Below, piece by piece: positions 39,060-47,863 of a DNA stretch of 64,000 bases. Below the pieces are notes generated by a model that saw only the letters and a program-made list of their open reading frames with translations, was not told the DNA's origin and made no database searches. How positions within the stretch are numbered: position 1 is the first letter of the stretch; every line of letters starts with the position of its first letter. The position numbers and the translations under genes are program-made. The stretch is from Nanobdellota archaeon (lineage in GTDB: Archaea; Nanobdellota; Nanobdellia; Pacearchaeales; GW2011-AR1): positions 1,732 through 65,731 of the forward strand of contig JAUSKH010000043.1 of the NCBI GenBank assembly GCA_030647095.1, given 5' to 3'.

Positions 39060-40155
39060 AACTTATTGTATATGATTAACTACCGAAACCTTTATATAGT
39101 TAATATACCTAACTAATATATGAATAACAAGGTATATAATAAGATAAACTGCGAGAATTGTAAAAGCGATAATACAAAGAAAGACGGACTTAGAAAAACC
39201 GAGAATAGAGGGAAAATTCAGAGATATGCTTGTAAGGAATGTGGTTATAGATTTACTCTTGATGATGGGTTTTACAGGATGAGAAATAATCCTATTAAGA
39301 TAACTCAATCAATAGATTTATTTTATAGAGGAGTTTCAACAAGAAAAGTCCAAGAACATCTGGGCGTTTTCTATCCTCATAATGCGAGTAATGTTTCAAT
39401 CTATAAATGGATAGTAAAATATTCTCAAATGATAAGCAAGTTTACAGGAAAGTTAAAAGCTAATGTTTGCGAAGAGGTGCAAGTTGATGAGGTAGAATTT
39501 CATAGAAGGAAAAGTCATCAAGCTAAAAGAGGAGTAGAGAAAAACTTCTTTGTAGATAGTATTTGTCCTGAAACTCGTTTTTTAGTAGCTTCTGCTTATG
39601 GTAGAACAAGAAGCAGTAAAGAAATAAAATCAGTTATGAACAACATTAAAAGCAAAACTGATAATCAAATTAAGGTAGTTACTACGGATGGATTTTTTGC
39701 TTATAAGAAAGTTGTTAAGTCTGTTTTTGGCTACAATAATAAGTTAGGTAGATATAATGTTCTTCATAATATTGTTACTGCTTCTAATGGCGAGGGCTTT
39801 AATCATCCAATAGAAAGACTACATAATAATGTAAGAGCAAGAACAAAAGTAATGCGTGGATTTCATGGCTCTATTCATTCTGCAAATGCTATAATGAGGG
39901 GATTTGAAATATATTATAACTTCATAACTAAAAATCAGGCAATAGATTGCTGTCCTTACGAATTAGCTATGCCTGAAATGAAAGAAGATTTGAAAGATGT
40001 AAAAAATAAATGGTTAGGATTAATTTATAGGAGTAAGGGATTGTGATTTTTATATCATTTTATATTAATCTAATATAAATTAATATAGAAAGTTATAAAT
40101 AGTATCAAAAACTATTAGAAAGGTATAAAAGGCAAACTTATAGTATTGATATATG
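39060..40155 (+). mobile_element. IS6-family insertion sequence (boundaries approximate)
   Basis: Carries the IS6-type transposase. Imperfect inverted repeats tatatgattaact (left) and accatatatcaatact (right, reverse complement) are only tentatively assigned in this AT-rich context. Confidence 0.4.
39120..40046 (+). CDS. IS6-family DDE transposase with N-terminal zinc finger
   Basis: N-terminal C-x2-C...C-x2-C. DDE candidates VQVDEVEF and VVTTDGFFAYK. NHPIERLHNNVRARTKVMRGF matches the IS6 N-x2-E-x3-H...R...GF signature. Confidence 0.7.
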   Translation: MNNKVYNKINCENCKSDNTKKDGLRKTENRGKIQRYACKECGYRFTLDDGFYRMRNNPIKITQSIDLFYRGVSTRKVQEHLGVFYPHNASNVSIYKWIVKYSQMISKFTGKLKANVCEEVQVDEVEFHRRKSHQAKRGVEKNFFVDSICPETRFLVASAYGRTRSSKEIKSVMNNIKSKTDNQIKVVTTDGFFAYKKVVKSVFGYNNKLGRYNVLHNIVTASNGEGFNHPIERLHNNVRARTKVMRGFHGSIHSANAIMRGFEIYYNFITKNQAIDCCPYELAMPEMKEDLKDVKNKWLGLIYRSKGL

Positions 40156-40338
40156 GTAAAAATTCAAGTTAATCTTGACGAAGAAGAAGATGGGACACTT
40201 GAATCATTTAGGTTTGTAAATGGATGTAAAAGCAAGGAAAAAGCTATAAAAATGCTCATAAAACGGAGTGAGGACTTTCAAGACGTAAAAGAATGCGTAA
40301 AAATAAAAAATAAAAATAAAATCACTAAGAAAAAATAA
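40153..40338 (+). CDS. Small hypothetical protein (possible RHH-like DNA-binding)
   Basis: 61-aa ORF only. Confidence 0.25.
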   Translation: MVKIQVNLDEEEDGTLESFRFVNGCKSKEKAIKMLIKRSEDFQDVKECVKIKNKNKITKKK

Positions 40339-40519
40339 AAATGAATCAAATAATGACAACAGCAATGAGAAAGGTTTTTAAAGATTTTAATATTAGTAAT
40401 AGCATGATGGTGAAAGAGGTTGGTTTTGGTTGTTGTATTTGTTCTTCTTCTAATTTTGTTACTGCTTTAGATAACAAATACACCATTAACTTTAAGAGTA
40501 TTGGGGGTGCTTTCTTCTA

Positions 40520-40669
40520 ATGACCTCTAAAGAAACTAAATTGAAGAGAGAGCTAAATGCTTGGAAGGAAACCGCAAAAGTATTGGCGGATAGAAAGATT
40601 ATGATTTCTATTCAAAAATCATTAACAGAGATTGCAAAAGGCAAAGCAATTCCTGCTTCTCAACTATAA
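40520..40669 (+). CDS. Small antitoxin-like protein (49 aa; not in the ORF track)
   Basis: MTSKETKLKRELNAWKETAKVLADRKIMISIQKSLTEIAKGKAIPASQL resembles the C-termini of type II antitoxins. Confidence 0.25.
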   Translation: MTSKETKLKRELNAWKETAKVLADRKIMISIQKSLTEIAKGKAIPASQL

Positions 40670-40671
40670 AG

Positions 40672-40795
40672 GTAACGCAGGAGTATTCTTGCTTGGTGTT
40701 GGGCACTAAGTTGACCCTGGAAAGCTCCTGCGGTCGTTCCCAACTCTCTCCTTCACCTTGTGGAAGGGTTTTAGGTCTGAATGAATTGGGTTGAC
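40672..40795. other. GC-rich (~50%) structured segment in AT-rich DNA; candidate ncRNA or integration remnant
   Basis: 8-bp stem cgcaggag...ctcctgcg enclosing ~42 nt. Second hairpin ccttc-accttgtg-gaagg. Does not fold as a tRNA. Confidence 0.3.
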
Positions 40796-40805
40796 TATGA
40801 TAATG

Positions 40806-41108
40806 CTAATGTAATTTATTTTTTCTCTTGATATATTCTTTAATGTTCTTATAAAAATCATTGGTTTTTTTACCGACGTGGATAGCCATCACCTGTAAAA
40901 TACTATCCTCTTTTGCATAAACGAGTCTATAATGATTATTCTCAAAATGAACAGAATAAAAACCCTTTAAGTCACCTTTTAATGGTTCACCCAATAATCT
41001 TGTTTCAAGTTCTTTCAAGATTTTCCTAACCCTCTCTTGTATCTTTTTGTCTAATCTTTGGAATTGCCTTTCAAACTCTGGTGAAACTACAACCGAATAT
41101 ACTGTCAC
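40806..41108 (-). CDS. RelE/ParE-family type II toxin
   Basis: 100 aa with YRLVYAKEDSILQVMAIHVGKK (RelE-like C-terminal pattern). Overlaps the upstream antitoxin ORF by 4 bp. Confidence 0.65.
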   Translation of the reverse strand: MTVYSVVVSPEFERQFQRLDKKIQERVRKILKELETRLLGEPLKGDLKGFYSVHFENNHYRLVYAKEDSILQVMAIHVGKKTNDFYKNIKEYIKRKNKLH

Positions 41109-41380
41109 TTGTTTTCTTCTCCCTCTTTTTTAGTTTGCCCCTTTTCTTTTTTCTTCTCCCTTTCTTCGTACTTTTTTAGTCTCTCTACAAACACTTCAAG
41201 CCAAACATCGAAGGGTAATGATAATGGTGCTTCTGGGTCATTCTTTTCCATATGTTCTTTTAATTTTTCAAGATTTTTCTTGTTAACTGAAATACTTATC
41301 CCAATTTTTTCTATCTTTTCAAATCTCTCTAACTCTTCATCCGTTTCTTCTTCCATTTCATCTGGATTTATTTCTACCAT
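41105..41380 (-). CDS. Antitoxin partner of the RelE-like toxin (acidic/basic charged protein)
   Basis: 91-aa ORF immediately upstream and overlapping the toxin start. Very low GC and very Glu/Lys-rich. Confidence 0.45.
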   Translation of the reverse strand: MVEINPDEMEEETDEELERFEKIEKIGISISVNKKNLEKLKEHMEKNDPEAPLSLPFDVWLEVFVERLKKYEEREKKKEKGQTKKEGEENK

Positions 41381-41575
41381 TTATTTAATAAAATCCTAAT
41401 ATTTATATATTATAAATATAGCAACACTATTTAAAAAGCTTTCTATCACAAAAATTTATCTTACCAATTAAACACCCGTTAAGTTAACAATACAAATAAA
41501 AAGAAACCTTTAAAAACCATAAAATTATTATTCATATGTCTACTTCTTAGATGTTAAGGGGTAGTCGGAACTTAC

Positions 41576-42034
41576 ATGATTTTCATAATAAAAGTCACGA
41601 CGAATAAAGAAGACAAAGCCGTCGATATGATTAGCGATCGCTCTGAGAGAAAAAATCTTCCTGTTTATGCAATCGTAAGACCTCACGGTTTAAAGGGATA
41701 TATTATTCTGGAAGCAGAAGATAGAGAGACTGCTGAAGAAGCTGCTTATAATCTTCCTTATGTGAAAGGAATAATTGGAAAGACTGTCGAATATAATGAA
41801 GTGAAGAATATGCTTGAGCCTAAGGTAGAGGATGTAAATATGGAGCTTGATGATATTGTAGAAATGATTGCGGAGCCTTTCAAGGGTGAGAAAGCTAAAG
41901 TTACAAGAATTGATAAACAGAAGGGAGAGGTTGTTGTTTCGCTGCTTGGAGCCTCTGTTCCTATACCTGTTACTGTTAAGATAGATAACGTAAAGGTTAT
42001 AAGGCGTGAAGCTGACGAGGAAGAAGAAAAATGA
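41576..42034 (+). CDS. spt5: Transcription elongation factor Spt5 (archaeal NusG)
   Basis: NGN domain (PVYAIVRPHGLKGYIILEAEDRETAEEA) plus KOW (GEKAKVTRIDKQKGEVVVSLLG). Immediately upstream of rpl11. Confidence 0.85.
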   Translation: MIFIIKVTTNKEDKAVDMISDRSERKNLPVYAIVRPHGLKGYIILEAEDRETAEEAAYNLPYVKGIIGKTVEYNEVKNMLEPKVEDVNMELDDIVEMIAEPFKGEKAKVTRIDKQKGEVVVSLLGASVPIPVTVKIDNVKVIRREADEEEEK

Positions 42035-42780
42035 AAGTAAAATTACTTATCGAGGGTGGGAAGATGCAACCAGGACCTGCTGTAGCTCAGCAACTTGGAC
42101 CAATGGGAATTAATCTTGGAAAAGTTATAGCTGACGTTAATACTGCTACTGCTGGATTTAAAGGAATGAATGTTCCTGTAGAACTTGATGTTGATCCGAA
42201 AACTAAAACATATAAGATAGAAGTATTTTCTCCTTCAACAGCTGAATTAATCAAGAAGGAACTTGGTCTTGAAAAAGGGTCTGGAGCAGCAAAAACAAAT
42301 AAAGTGGCTAATGCTTCTCTTGAAACAATAATCAAAATAACAAAAACAAAGCAAGAGGGCTTGCTTGCTAGAGATTTGAAAGCAGCTGTAAAACTAGTTG
42401 TTGGAACGTGCGTTTCCCTAGGAGTAATGGTTGATAATAAAGAAGCTAAAGAAATTGAGAGAGATATAGATTCTGGAAAGTATGATAAAGAAATAAAGAA
42501 TGAAATTACAGAAACTCCTGAAGAGAAGAAACGTGATTTACAGGTATTTTTTGCACAGATTGTGGCACAGCAAGAGAAGACTAAGAAAGCTCTTGAGGAA
42601 GCTACTGCAGCTGCAGAGGCAGCTAAAGCGGCAGCAGCGACAGCAGTAGCAGCAACAGCGACACCTGCGGCTGCAGGAAAGGAAGGAGCAAAGACGGCGG
42701 CTGCGGCGACAGGAACAGCAGAAGCTGCTAAGCCAGCAGCAGGTAAGGAAGAGAAGAAACCTGCTGCTAAGAAGAAGTAA
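42031..42780 (+). CDS. rpl11: 50S ribosomal protein L11 (uL11) with an ~100-aa Ala/Lys/Glu-rich C-terminal extension
   Basis: uL11 core (MQPGPAVAQQLGPMGINLGK...VGTCVSLGVMVD). The tail AAAEAAKAAAATAVAATATPAAAGKEGAKTAAAATG...KKPAAKKK is encoded by an unusually GC-rich repeat-like stretch. Confidence 0.85.
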   Translation: MKVKLLIEGGKMQPGPAVAQQLGPMGINLGKVIADVNTATAGFKGMNVPVELDVDPKTKTYKIEVFSPSTAELIKKELGLEKGSGAAKTNKVANASLETIIKITKTKQEGLLARDLKAAVKLVVGTCVSLGVMVDNKEAKEIERDIDSGKYDKEIKNEITETPEEKKRDLQVFFAQIVAQQEKTKKALEEATAAAEAAKAAAATAVAATATPAAAGKEGAKTAAAATGTAEAAKPAAGKEEKKPAAKKK

Positions 42781-42820
42781 TCGCCCTATAATTTATATAC
42801 CTCTTCTTAATGCGATTATA

Positions 42821-43141
42821 ATGACTGTTGAATATGATGATCTTCGTAATTATGATATAAGAAAGGGAGATTTGGTTATAATTGTTGAGCCTTCAAATTC
42901 TCATGGACTTAGTAGTTGTAAATCTTTTCCTGAAATTAAAATTGCTGGGGTGTTTGATGAGTTTGGAGGACCAAATCTTACTACACAGTTCTGGATGAAA
43001 GAAGGAACGACTTATAGACTTTCAAAAGATGTATGGAGTAAAACAGATGTTACACGGTATGTTGTGTTTGCACGGGAGATTTATTTATACAAGGATGGAT
43101 CAATAAGTAAACTTGTGAATAAAAGAGAGAGTGGTGTGTAA
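42821..43141 (+). CDS. Hypothetical 106-aa protein between rpl11 and rpl1
   Basis: ORF only. Confidence 0.4.
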   Translation: MTVEYDDLRNYDIRKGDLVIIVEPSNSHGLSSCKSFPEIKIAGVFDEFGGPNLTTQFWMKEGTTYRLSKDVWSKTDVTRYVVFAREIYLYKDGSISKLVNKRESGV

Positions 43142-43177
43142 CCAAAGATTTAAAAATATGTTACATAATACGTTTTT

Positions 43178-43615
43178 ATGAGTTTATTAGAAAATACTCC
43201 TCAACCAATTCGAGATTTGTATGAAGTTACTGGAAATCTTGTAAAAGCTATAGCTGAAGGTGGTTCCTCAAAAACTAGTCAGGTTATTGAGGCTTCAAGA
43301 CAATTATCCTATGCAATTTTAAATCCTGAATATAGAAAAGTAATGGTTTCTTTTACTTCTCTAGCTGGTAGTATGCTTGATGATTATCCAGGTGTAAAAC
43401 CTCACAATGTGTATGGAGAAAATTTATTGAAGATGAGTAGAAATCTTTCTGGTATTCATAAGTGTATGACAAGTGATGACTATAATAAAGATGAATTATT
43501 GAGTTATGTTGTAGGATTCAGAACTCACATTTCAGTTCTTGGTTTTCATATTGAAGATGTTGGAAAAGCTGCTAGAGGCGAGCATCGAAATAAAGATTTA
43601 GCAGACGTTCAGTAA
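43178..43615 (+). CDS. Hypothetical 145-aa protein between rpl11 and rpl1
   Basis: ORF only. Confidence 0.4.
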   Translation: MSLLENTPQPIRDLYEVTGNLVKAIAEGGSSKTSQVIEASRQLSYAILNPEYRKVMVSFTSLAGSMLDDYPGVKPHNVYGENLLKMSRNLSGIHKCMTSDDYNKDELLSYVVGFRTHISVLGFHIEDVGKAARGEHRNKDLADVQ

Positions 43616-43756
43616 CATTTAAAAATACCTTTTGATGAGTGATTGTGTCGTAAACTACATCCTTGAATCATAGATTCTATGGATTTAAGGCATAATGTAG
43701 GAGACTTACAACCGCCAGCGGGTTCTAAGAGTCCCGCAACTACGGAGAAAAAAACA

Positions 43757-44374
43757 ATGGAATTAAAACAAGCATTGCAAGAATTACGAAAGGAAGAGAA
43801 AAAGAAATTTGATCAAAGTATAGATTTTATCCTCAATCTTAAAGGCATTGATATGAAAAGAGATACCCTCAATGCAATTATTACTCTTCCACATAAATTC
43901 AAGGATAAGAATGTATGCGCTTTTCTTACTAAGAAATCTTCTTTAGTAAACACAATAACTCAACCTGAATTTGCTAAGTATAAGGACAAAGCAGCTTTAA
44001 GGAAACTTGTAAAGAATTATGACTTTTTCATTGCTGCTGCTCCATTAATGCCACAGGTTGCATCAACATTTGGTAAAGTGCTTGGTCCTGCAGGTAAGAT
44101 GCCTTCTCCACAAATGGGTGTTATTATGACTGATAACGAAGATGTTATAAAAGAAACTCTTGAAAAGATCTCAAACTCTATTAAAATTAGAATGAAAGAA
44201 GCCAGTATCAAGATAGTTGTTGGAAAAGAGAGTATGAAGGATGAAGATATTATTGAGAATGTAATGAGCGCTTATAGTGTTCTTCTCAATGCCTTGCCAA
44301 AAAAAGTAGATAATGTAAAATCAGTTATGATTAAGCTAACGATGAGCAAAGCAATAAAAGTGGAGTTAAAGTAA
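43757..44374 (+). CDS. rpl1: 50S ribosomal protein L1 (uL1)
   Basis: FDQSIDFILNLKGIDMKRD...FIAAAPLMPQVASTFGKVLGPAGKMPSP. Start taken at MELKQALQ. Confidence 0.85.
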   Translation: MELKQALQELRKEEKKKFDQSIDFILNLKGIDMKRDTLNAIITLPHKFKDKNVCAFLTKKSSLVNTITQPEFAKYKDKAALRKLVKNYDFFIAAAPLMPQVASTFGKVLGPAGKMPSPQMGVIMTDNEDVIKETLEKISNSIKIRMKEASIKIVVGKESMKDEDIIENVMSAYSVLLNALPKKVDNVKSVMIKLTMSKAIKVELK

Positions 44375-44375
44375 A

Positions 44376-45206
44376 ATGGCTAAAAAAGTGCAATCAAAAC
44401 AGGTCAAGAGAGAAAAACCAGTACCAGAATATAAATTAAGATTAGTAAAAGATATATTAGAAAAGATAAAGAGCAATAAAACTATTCTTGTTGCTTCAAC
44501 AAAGGGTCTGCCTGCTTCTCAATTTCAGAAAATTAAGAAGAGTTTAAGAGGCAAGTCCGAAGTAGTTATTGCTAAAAAAAGCATTCTTTTAAGAGCAGTA
44601 GATTCTGCCAAAAATGATTCTTTGAGTGAATTAAATAAATATATTGGGGATAATGTCGCATTATTCTTTTCTAATGTAGATGTATTTGAACTTTCTGCTT
44701 CTCTTACTGAAAACCAAGTATCAACTAAAGCTAGAACAGGGGACATTGCGCCTGAGGATATTACTATTGAACCAGGACCTACTGATTTAATACCTGGACC
44801 AGCAATTTCTGAACTTTCTGGAGTTGGATTAAAAGTTGCTGTAGAAGGAGGAAAGCTTGCTATTAAACAGGGAGCAACTGTTACTAAAAAAGGAGAGGCA
44901 ATAAATGAAAAAGTTGCAGCAGTATTAGGAAAACTTAATATTCTTCCGATGAAAGTGGGATTTATTCCTGTTGCAGCTTACGACGCAGGAAGTAAAAAAG
45001 TATTTAGTAGTATAAGGGTAGATAAAAAATCTACTCTTGAAAATTTGAGAGAATCTATTTCAAAAGGATTTGGTTTTGCAGTAAATATTGGCTATACGAC
45101 AAAGGAAACAGTTTCATACTTTATTATGAAGGCTGCTAATGAAGCAAGAGTTCTTGAACAGAAAGTTTCTGGATTAAAATTAGCTTCGCAGGGAGGAGAG
45201 TCTTAA
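44376..45206 (+). CDS. rpl10: 50S ribosomal protein L10/P0 (uL10), archaeal long form
   Basis: 276 aa with P0-type architecture. Follows rpl1. Confidence 0.85.
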   Translation: MAKKVQSKQVKREKPVPEYKLRLVKDILEKIKSNKTILVASTKGLPASQFQKIKKSLRGKSEVVIAKKSILLRAVDSAKNDSLSELNKYIGDNVALFFSNVDVFELSASLTENQVSTKARTGDIAPEDITIEPGPTDLIPGPAISELSGVGLKVAVEGGKLAIKQGATVTKKGEAINEKVAAVLGKLNILPMKVGFIPVAAYDAGSKKVFSSIRVDKKSTLENLRESISKGFGFAVNIGYTTKETVSYFIMKAANEARVLEQKVSGLKLASQGGES

Positions 45207-45207
45207 T

Positions 45208-45531
45208 ATGATTGTATTGGATGAATCGCGTATGAAAGATTTGCTAGTGATATTTGATAGGAAAATAGCAGAAGGCGATCTTAAAGCAATTCAACAAATA
45301 ACTAGTACTATAAGAGGGGCGTCTGAAAATAGTGTTGTTTTATATACTGGCATGAAAGCTTCTTTTATTGCTCAAAACGCACCTTATATAGGGGTAGATA
45401 AGGCTTTCAGATACGCGTCAGCTTTTTTTGATGAACATATTAATAGCAATAAGGCTGTTTTTGAAGCTTATTCTGGAATAGAGAAAAGACTTTTAGTTGC
45501 TAATCAAAATAATGGTAAGGAGGGTCAATAA
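45208..45531 (+). CDS. Hypothetical 107-aa protein embedded between P0 and P1
   Basis: ATG lies 1 nt after the P0 stop. Its stop overlaps the P1 ATG (taATGg). Confidence 0.45.
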   Translation: MIVLDESRMKDLLVIFDRKIAEGDLKAIQQITSTIRGASENSVVLYTGMKASFIAQNAPYIGVDKAFRYASAFFDEHINSNKAVFEAYSGIEKRLLVANQNNGKEGQ

Positions 45532-45818
45532 TGGAATATATATACGGTGCTTTACTTTTGCATAAACTAGGCAAGGAAGTAACAGAGGATAGCTTGCACA
45601 AAGTAATTTCTGCAACAGGAACTGCAGTTGACGACGGAAAAATAAAGACATTAATCGCAAGTCTTAAAGGCGTTGACATTGATGCAGAACTTAAGAACGC
45701 TAGCGCTATGGCAGTTGCTCCGGCAGCTGGAGCAGGAAAGGAAGAGAAGAAGGAAGAAAAGAAAGAAGAAGAGAAGCAAAGTGAAAGCGCGGCAGGATTG
45801 AGTTCACTTTTCGGTTAA
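45531..45818 (+). CDS. rpl12: 50S ribosomal stalk protein P1 (L12e)
   Basis: MEYIYGALLLHKLGKEVTE...AAGAGKEEKKEEKKEEE...GLSSLFG, a typical archaeal P1 tail. Confidence 0.85.
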   Translation: MEYIYGALLLHKLGKEVTEDSLHKVISATGTAVDDGKIKTLIASLKGVDIDAELKNASAMAVAPAAGAGKEEKKEEKKEEEKQSESAAGLSSLFG

Positions 45819-45825
45819 ACGATTA

Positions 45826-45932
45826 TTTTTTTATTTTTACAGATAATTAGGATAATTGGGTTACCTTTAGTTCCTAATTTTCTGTCTGGAGAATTCGAAC
45901 TAAATGTGTATAACAAACCGAATTCTCCATAA
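45826..45932 (+). ncRNA. ~105-bp two-hairpin repeated element, copy 2
   Basis: Same two stems as 4815-4921 (aattagga/tcctaatt; ggagaattc/gaattctcc) with divergent loops. Confidence 0.45.
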
Positions 45933-45960
45933 ACTGAAAGGTTTTATTTGAGAAAGTTCT

Positions 45961-46428
45961 ATGGGAAGCAGTCAGATATTGAAAGAGTTATTTGAATTTA
46001 GAAGAAGGATAGATGAAATTTATTCTGGGATATTTGGTTCTCCTGACGCTACAATGACCGAAGACGAGATAAATGACCTGATGGCTAGAGACCCTTTGGG
46101 TTTGTTAGAAGCTAATAGTGAAATATTAGAAATTTCTACTTTAAAAAGATGGCTTGAATTTGAAGCAACTAAAGAAAAAGAATATAGGAGAAATTATTTA
46201 GTTGAAGTAATTAAAGAGAAAGGTTTAGCTGATCATTATGAAGAAATAATGAACGGAGCTGGGCAATGTTATAAAGCCCATGCAATAATTGATACTAAAT
46301 TCGCAAGTAGTTTATTTCATTCTTCTGCAATACATAGAGCAGGAGAAGAATCTGTAAGGGCTTTTGGTTTAAGATATATTGAACGCTGGCAGATGTATCA
46401 TGATTTATGGAAAGATTCTAAATATTAA
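45961..46428 (+). CDS. Hypothetical 155-aa protein
   Basis: ORF only. Confidence 0.35.
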   Translation: MGSSQILKELFEFRRRIDEIYSGIFGSPDATMTEDEINDLMARDPLGLLEANSEILEISTLKRWLEFEATKEKEYRRNYLVEVIKEKGLADHYEEIMNGAGQCYKAHAIIDTKFASSLFHSSAIHRAGEESVRAFGLRYIERWQMYHDLWKDSKY

Positions 46429-46474
46429 TTGTTGAGGAGATATATATTTAAGGAAGCTATTCTAAGAAATTTGC

Positions 46475-46855
46475 ATGAATAGCGGCGTCTTAGAAGTTCG
46501 CTTGGATAATGAAAGATTGCTGAAAGAGATACACCATGATTCTAATGGCAATTATTACCTGGGAAAAGAGCGAGTTGAGCCTGTAATTGTCAGCCCACCA
46601 ATTTTAAGGCACATTCAAGTTTATCGAAGCATCGATAGTCCTGAATTAGTTCCTTGCCGTGAATGGATTCAAAAGGCTATTCTTTTTTATATGAAGGAAA
46701 AAGATTATCCTCTGGCAGATTCATTTATTATATGGGAAGCTTCCGCACAAACCATAAAAGAGGTTGATACTAGAAAGAACGAATATATTGAAAGTGTAAA
46801 TGAGCTTAAGGTTTATCTCCAATTTTGCAGATGTGGTGTTTCTAAAGATTTATAA
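46475..46855 (+). CDS. Hypothetical 126-aa protein
   Basis: ORF only. Confidence 0.3.
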   Translation: MNSGVLEVRLDNERLLKEIHHDSNGNYYLGKERVEPVIVSPPILRHIQVYRSIDSPELVPCREWIQKAILFYMKEKDYPLADSFIIWEASAQTIKEVDTRKNEYIESVNELKVYLQFCRCGVSKDL

Positions 46856-47698
46856 TATAATTTCTCGTTCTTTTACCATACTTTTCTCTCCGTCTATTTG
46901 TAAAATAGCATATCTTAAGACGTTGTAATCGGATCCTATGTTTATAACGATTGTTTTTCCTATTTCAGCTCTTGCTTTAGCGTGAGTATGCCCACAGAAA
47001 TGATATTCGCCACCATCTGCCTCTAAAACGTCTCCAATTAAATTAGAACCGCTATAGGCTTCCATGAAATGTTGAGCTGGCGAATCAGACCAGCCATTTA
47101 AAGATAATCTTGGTATTGTGTGGCTAACACTTATTATTTTTCCAGTAGCTGTTTTAATTCTTTCAACAAATGCGCTCACAAGTTCTGCACAAACTTCTTC
47201 ATCATCCTTGTCTTCCCAATCCATATAGAGTCTATCTTTCCAAGTAATTTTTTTACCATCTGTAAAAAATGTGCCTCTTAATAGGTCTTCAATAGATACT
47301 CCTCTGTCTTGTCTTAAAAAAGAATAATCGAAATGCCCGTATGTTCCAATAAAAGAAATATCTTTGATATCTAAATTCCCTTTTTCTAAATAGGTAAAAT
47401 TATATTCTTTCCCCAGATTTGGAAAAGTTTCATTAAGCAATCTCCAGCTTGAGATATTGCCAAGCCTTCCCCATAATTCGTGATTTCCGATTATAAAACT
47501 AGTAGGACATTCAAATCTTCTTTTTAGTCTATCGAATAAGACTCTGTGATTTTGTAAATCTGAAGATAGTTCTGCATTATCTCCCCCTAAAATTAGACTA
47601 TCAAAATTTCCTTCAATTTCTGTTATTATCTCTAGTTTCTTTTTTGATAGAGGATTATTATGCTGGTAGTGCAAATCAAATAGCATTAAATTTCTCAT
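46850..47698 (-). CDS. Calcineurin-like metallophosphoesterase
   Basis: LILGGDNAE, IIGNHELW (GNHE) and FCGHTH motifs. Confidence 0.75.
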   Translation of the reverse strand: MRNLMLFDLHYQHNNPLSKKKLEIITEIEGNFDSLILGGDNAELSSDLQNHRVLFDRLKRRFECPTSFIIGNHELWGRLGNISSWRLLNETFPNLGKEYNFTYLEKGNLDIKDISFIGTYGHFDYSFLRQDRGVSIEDLLRGTFFTDGKKITWKDRLYMDWEDKDDEEVCAELVSAFVERIKTATGKIISVSHTIPRLSLNGWSDSPAQHFMEAYSGSNLIGDVLEADGGEYHFCGHTHAKARAEIGKTIVINIGSDYNVLRYAILQIDGEKSMVKEREIIL

Positions 47699-47863
47699 AA
47701 AATTTCATACTCTTCTGTATTAAAAATATTGTTATGGTGAACTTGAATAAACAGTAATTTTAGGATAGAGAACACAATGTCCACTATATTTATAATATGG
47801 GCTAACAAAGTGTCCCAAAATTTAATTGATTGATAAATTAGAAATATCTATTATTGCAAAAAA

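Noticed and set aside
40672-40795. GC-rich segment considered as a tRNA or tRNA fragment
   Set aside because: No acceptor/T-arm arrangement can be folded. Retained only as an unclassified structured segment.
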